Position numbers and translations under genes: made by a program. From NCBI GenBank assembly GCA_947586185.1, contig CANPXN010000011.1:1-24000 (forward strand): a stretch of 24,000 nt of DNA. Direction: 5' to 3'. Below are positions 23,834 to 24,000 of the stretch, piece after piece. The first letter of the stretch is position 1. Each line of letters starts with the position of its first letter. Origin of the DNA: an uncultured Clostridia bacterium. GTDB lineage: Bacteria > Bacillota > Clostridia > Oscillospirales > Ruminococcaceae. The notes beneath the pieces were generated by a model. That model was not told where the DNA came from, did no database searches, and saw only the letters and a list, made by a program, of their open reading frames with translations.

Positions 23834-24000
23834 ATGAAATTCAATAATATAAATTCTCTCCTTGACCATATTAAAAATAATGTCAAGCAAACACTAAAAG
23901 AAGACGTTGCAGACATAGTGAAAGAAAACATGGCAGAAGAAATACAGACTAATGTGTACAATGCTTATCACCCTATGTTTTACGAGCGTAGGGGCACTCA
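23834..24000 (+). CDS. Phage structural-module protein, N-terminal part (runs off the window)
   Basis: ATG 23834 lies 9 nt after GGAGG. It is open to the window end: MKFNNINSLLDHIKNNVKQTLKEDVADIVKENMAEEIQTNVYNAYHPMFYERRGT. Absent from the ORF track because it is edge-truncated. Confidence 0.65.
   Translation, partial: MKFNNINSLLDHIKNNVKQTLKEDVADIVKENMAEEIQTNVYNAYHPMFYERRGT

Noticed and set aside
19061-23961. Antisense and out-of-frame ORFs within or next to the tape measure gene (19061-19285, 20747-21040, 21845-22042, 23104-23289, 23211-23486, 23529-23831, 23749-23961). Similar shadow ORFs lie inside the serine recombinase, resolvase, ParB and 484-aa genes.
   Set aside because: These are shadow ORFs of long, well-supported genes. 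They lack an RBS and have low-complexity or hydrophobic-biased translations.

Overview
Low-GC, Firmicutes/Clostridia-style mosaic of mobile-element DNA; the host assignment is an inference from composition, GGAGG ribosome-binding sites and many sigma-A consensus promoters. Left edge: the 3' end of a visibly GC-richer tyrosine integrase gene and a decayed replication-relaxation gene (ICE-like remnant). Next is a large serine recombinase (1272-2825) whose stop lies about 20 nt from a 49-codon 3' fragment of a Mn-catalase/CotJC-type gene (2843-2992), which looks like an element junction inside a spore-coat gene. From about 3500 onward the DNA is phage/plasmid-like. In order it carries: a resolvase with res-like repeats; a leftward operon of small unknown genes; a genetic switch (71-aa Cro-like HTH bracketed by two 3-site operator arrays); a J-domain protein; a PBECR-type nuclease followed by a separately promoted tRNA-sized structured RNA; an RHH protein behind a heptad-repeat array; ORF6N and ParB fragments; a 537-aa ParB/Srx-domain protein; a terminator/antiterminator leader; a frameshift-split DExH helicase; two covarying three-tier hairpins; orphan ORFs; a GC-elevated ORF-free structured region; a Zn-ribbon moron; and a 1540-aa TP901-type tape measure protein. 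I saw no rRNA, canonical tRNA or CRISPR array. The best candidate for something undescribed is the nuclease plus cloverleaf-RNA pair at 7507-8102. All RNA folds were done by hand, and all protein family calls come from remembered motifs, not searches.
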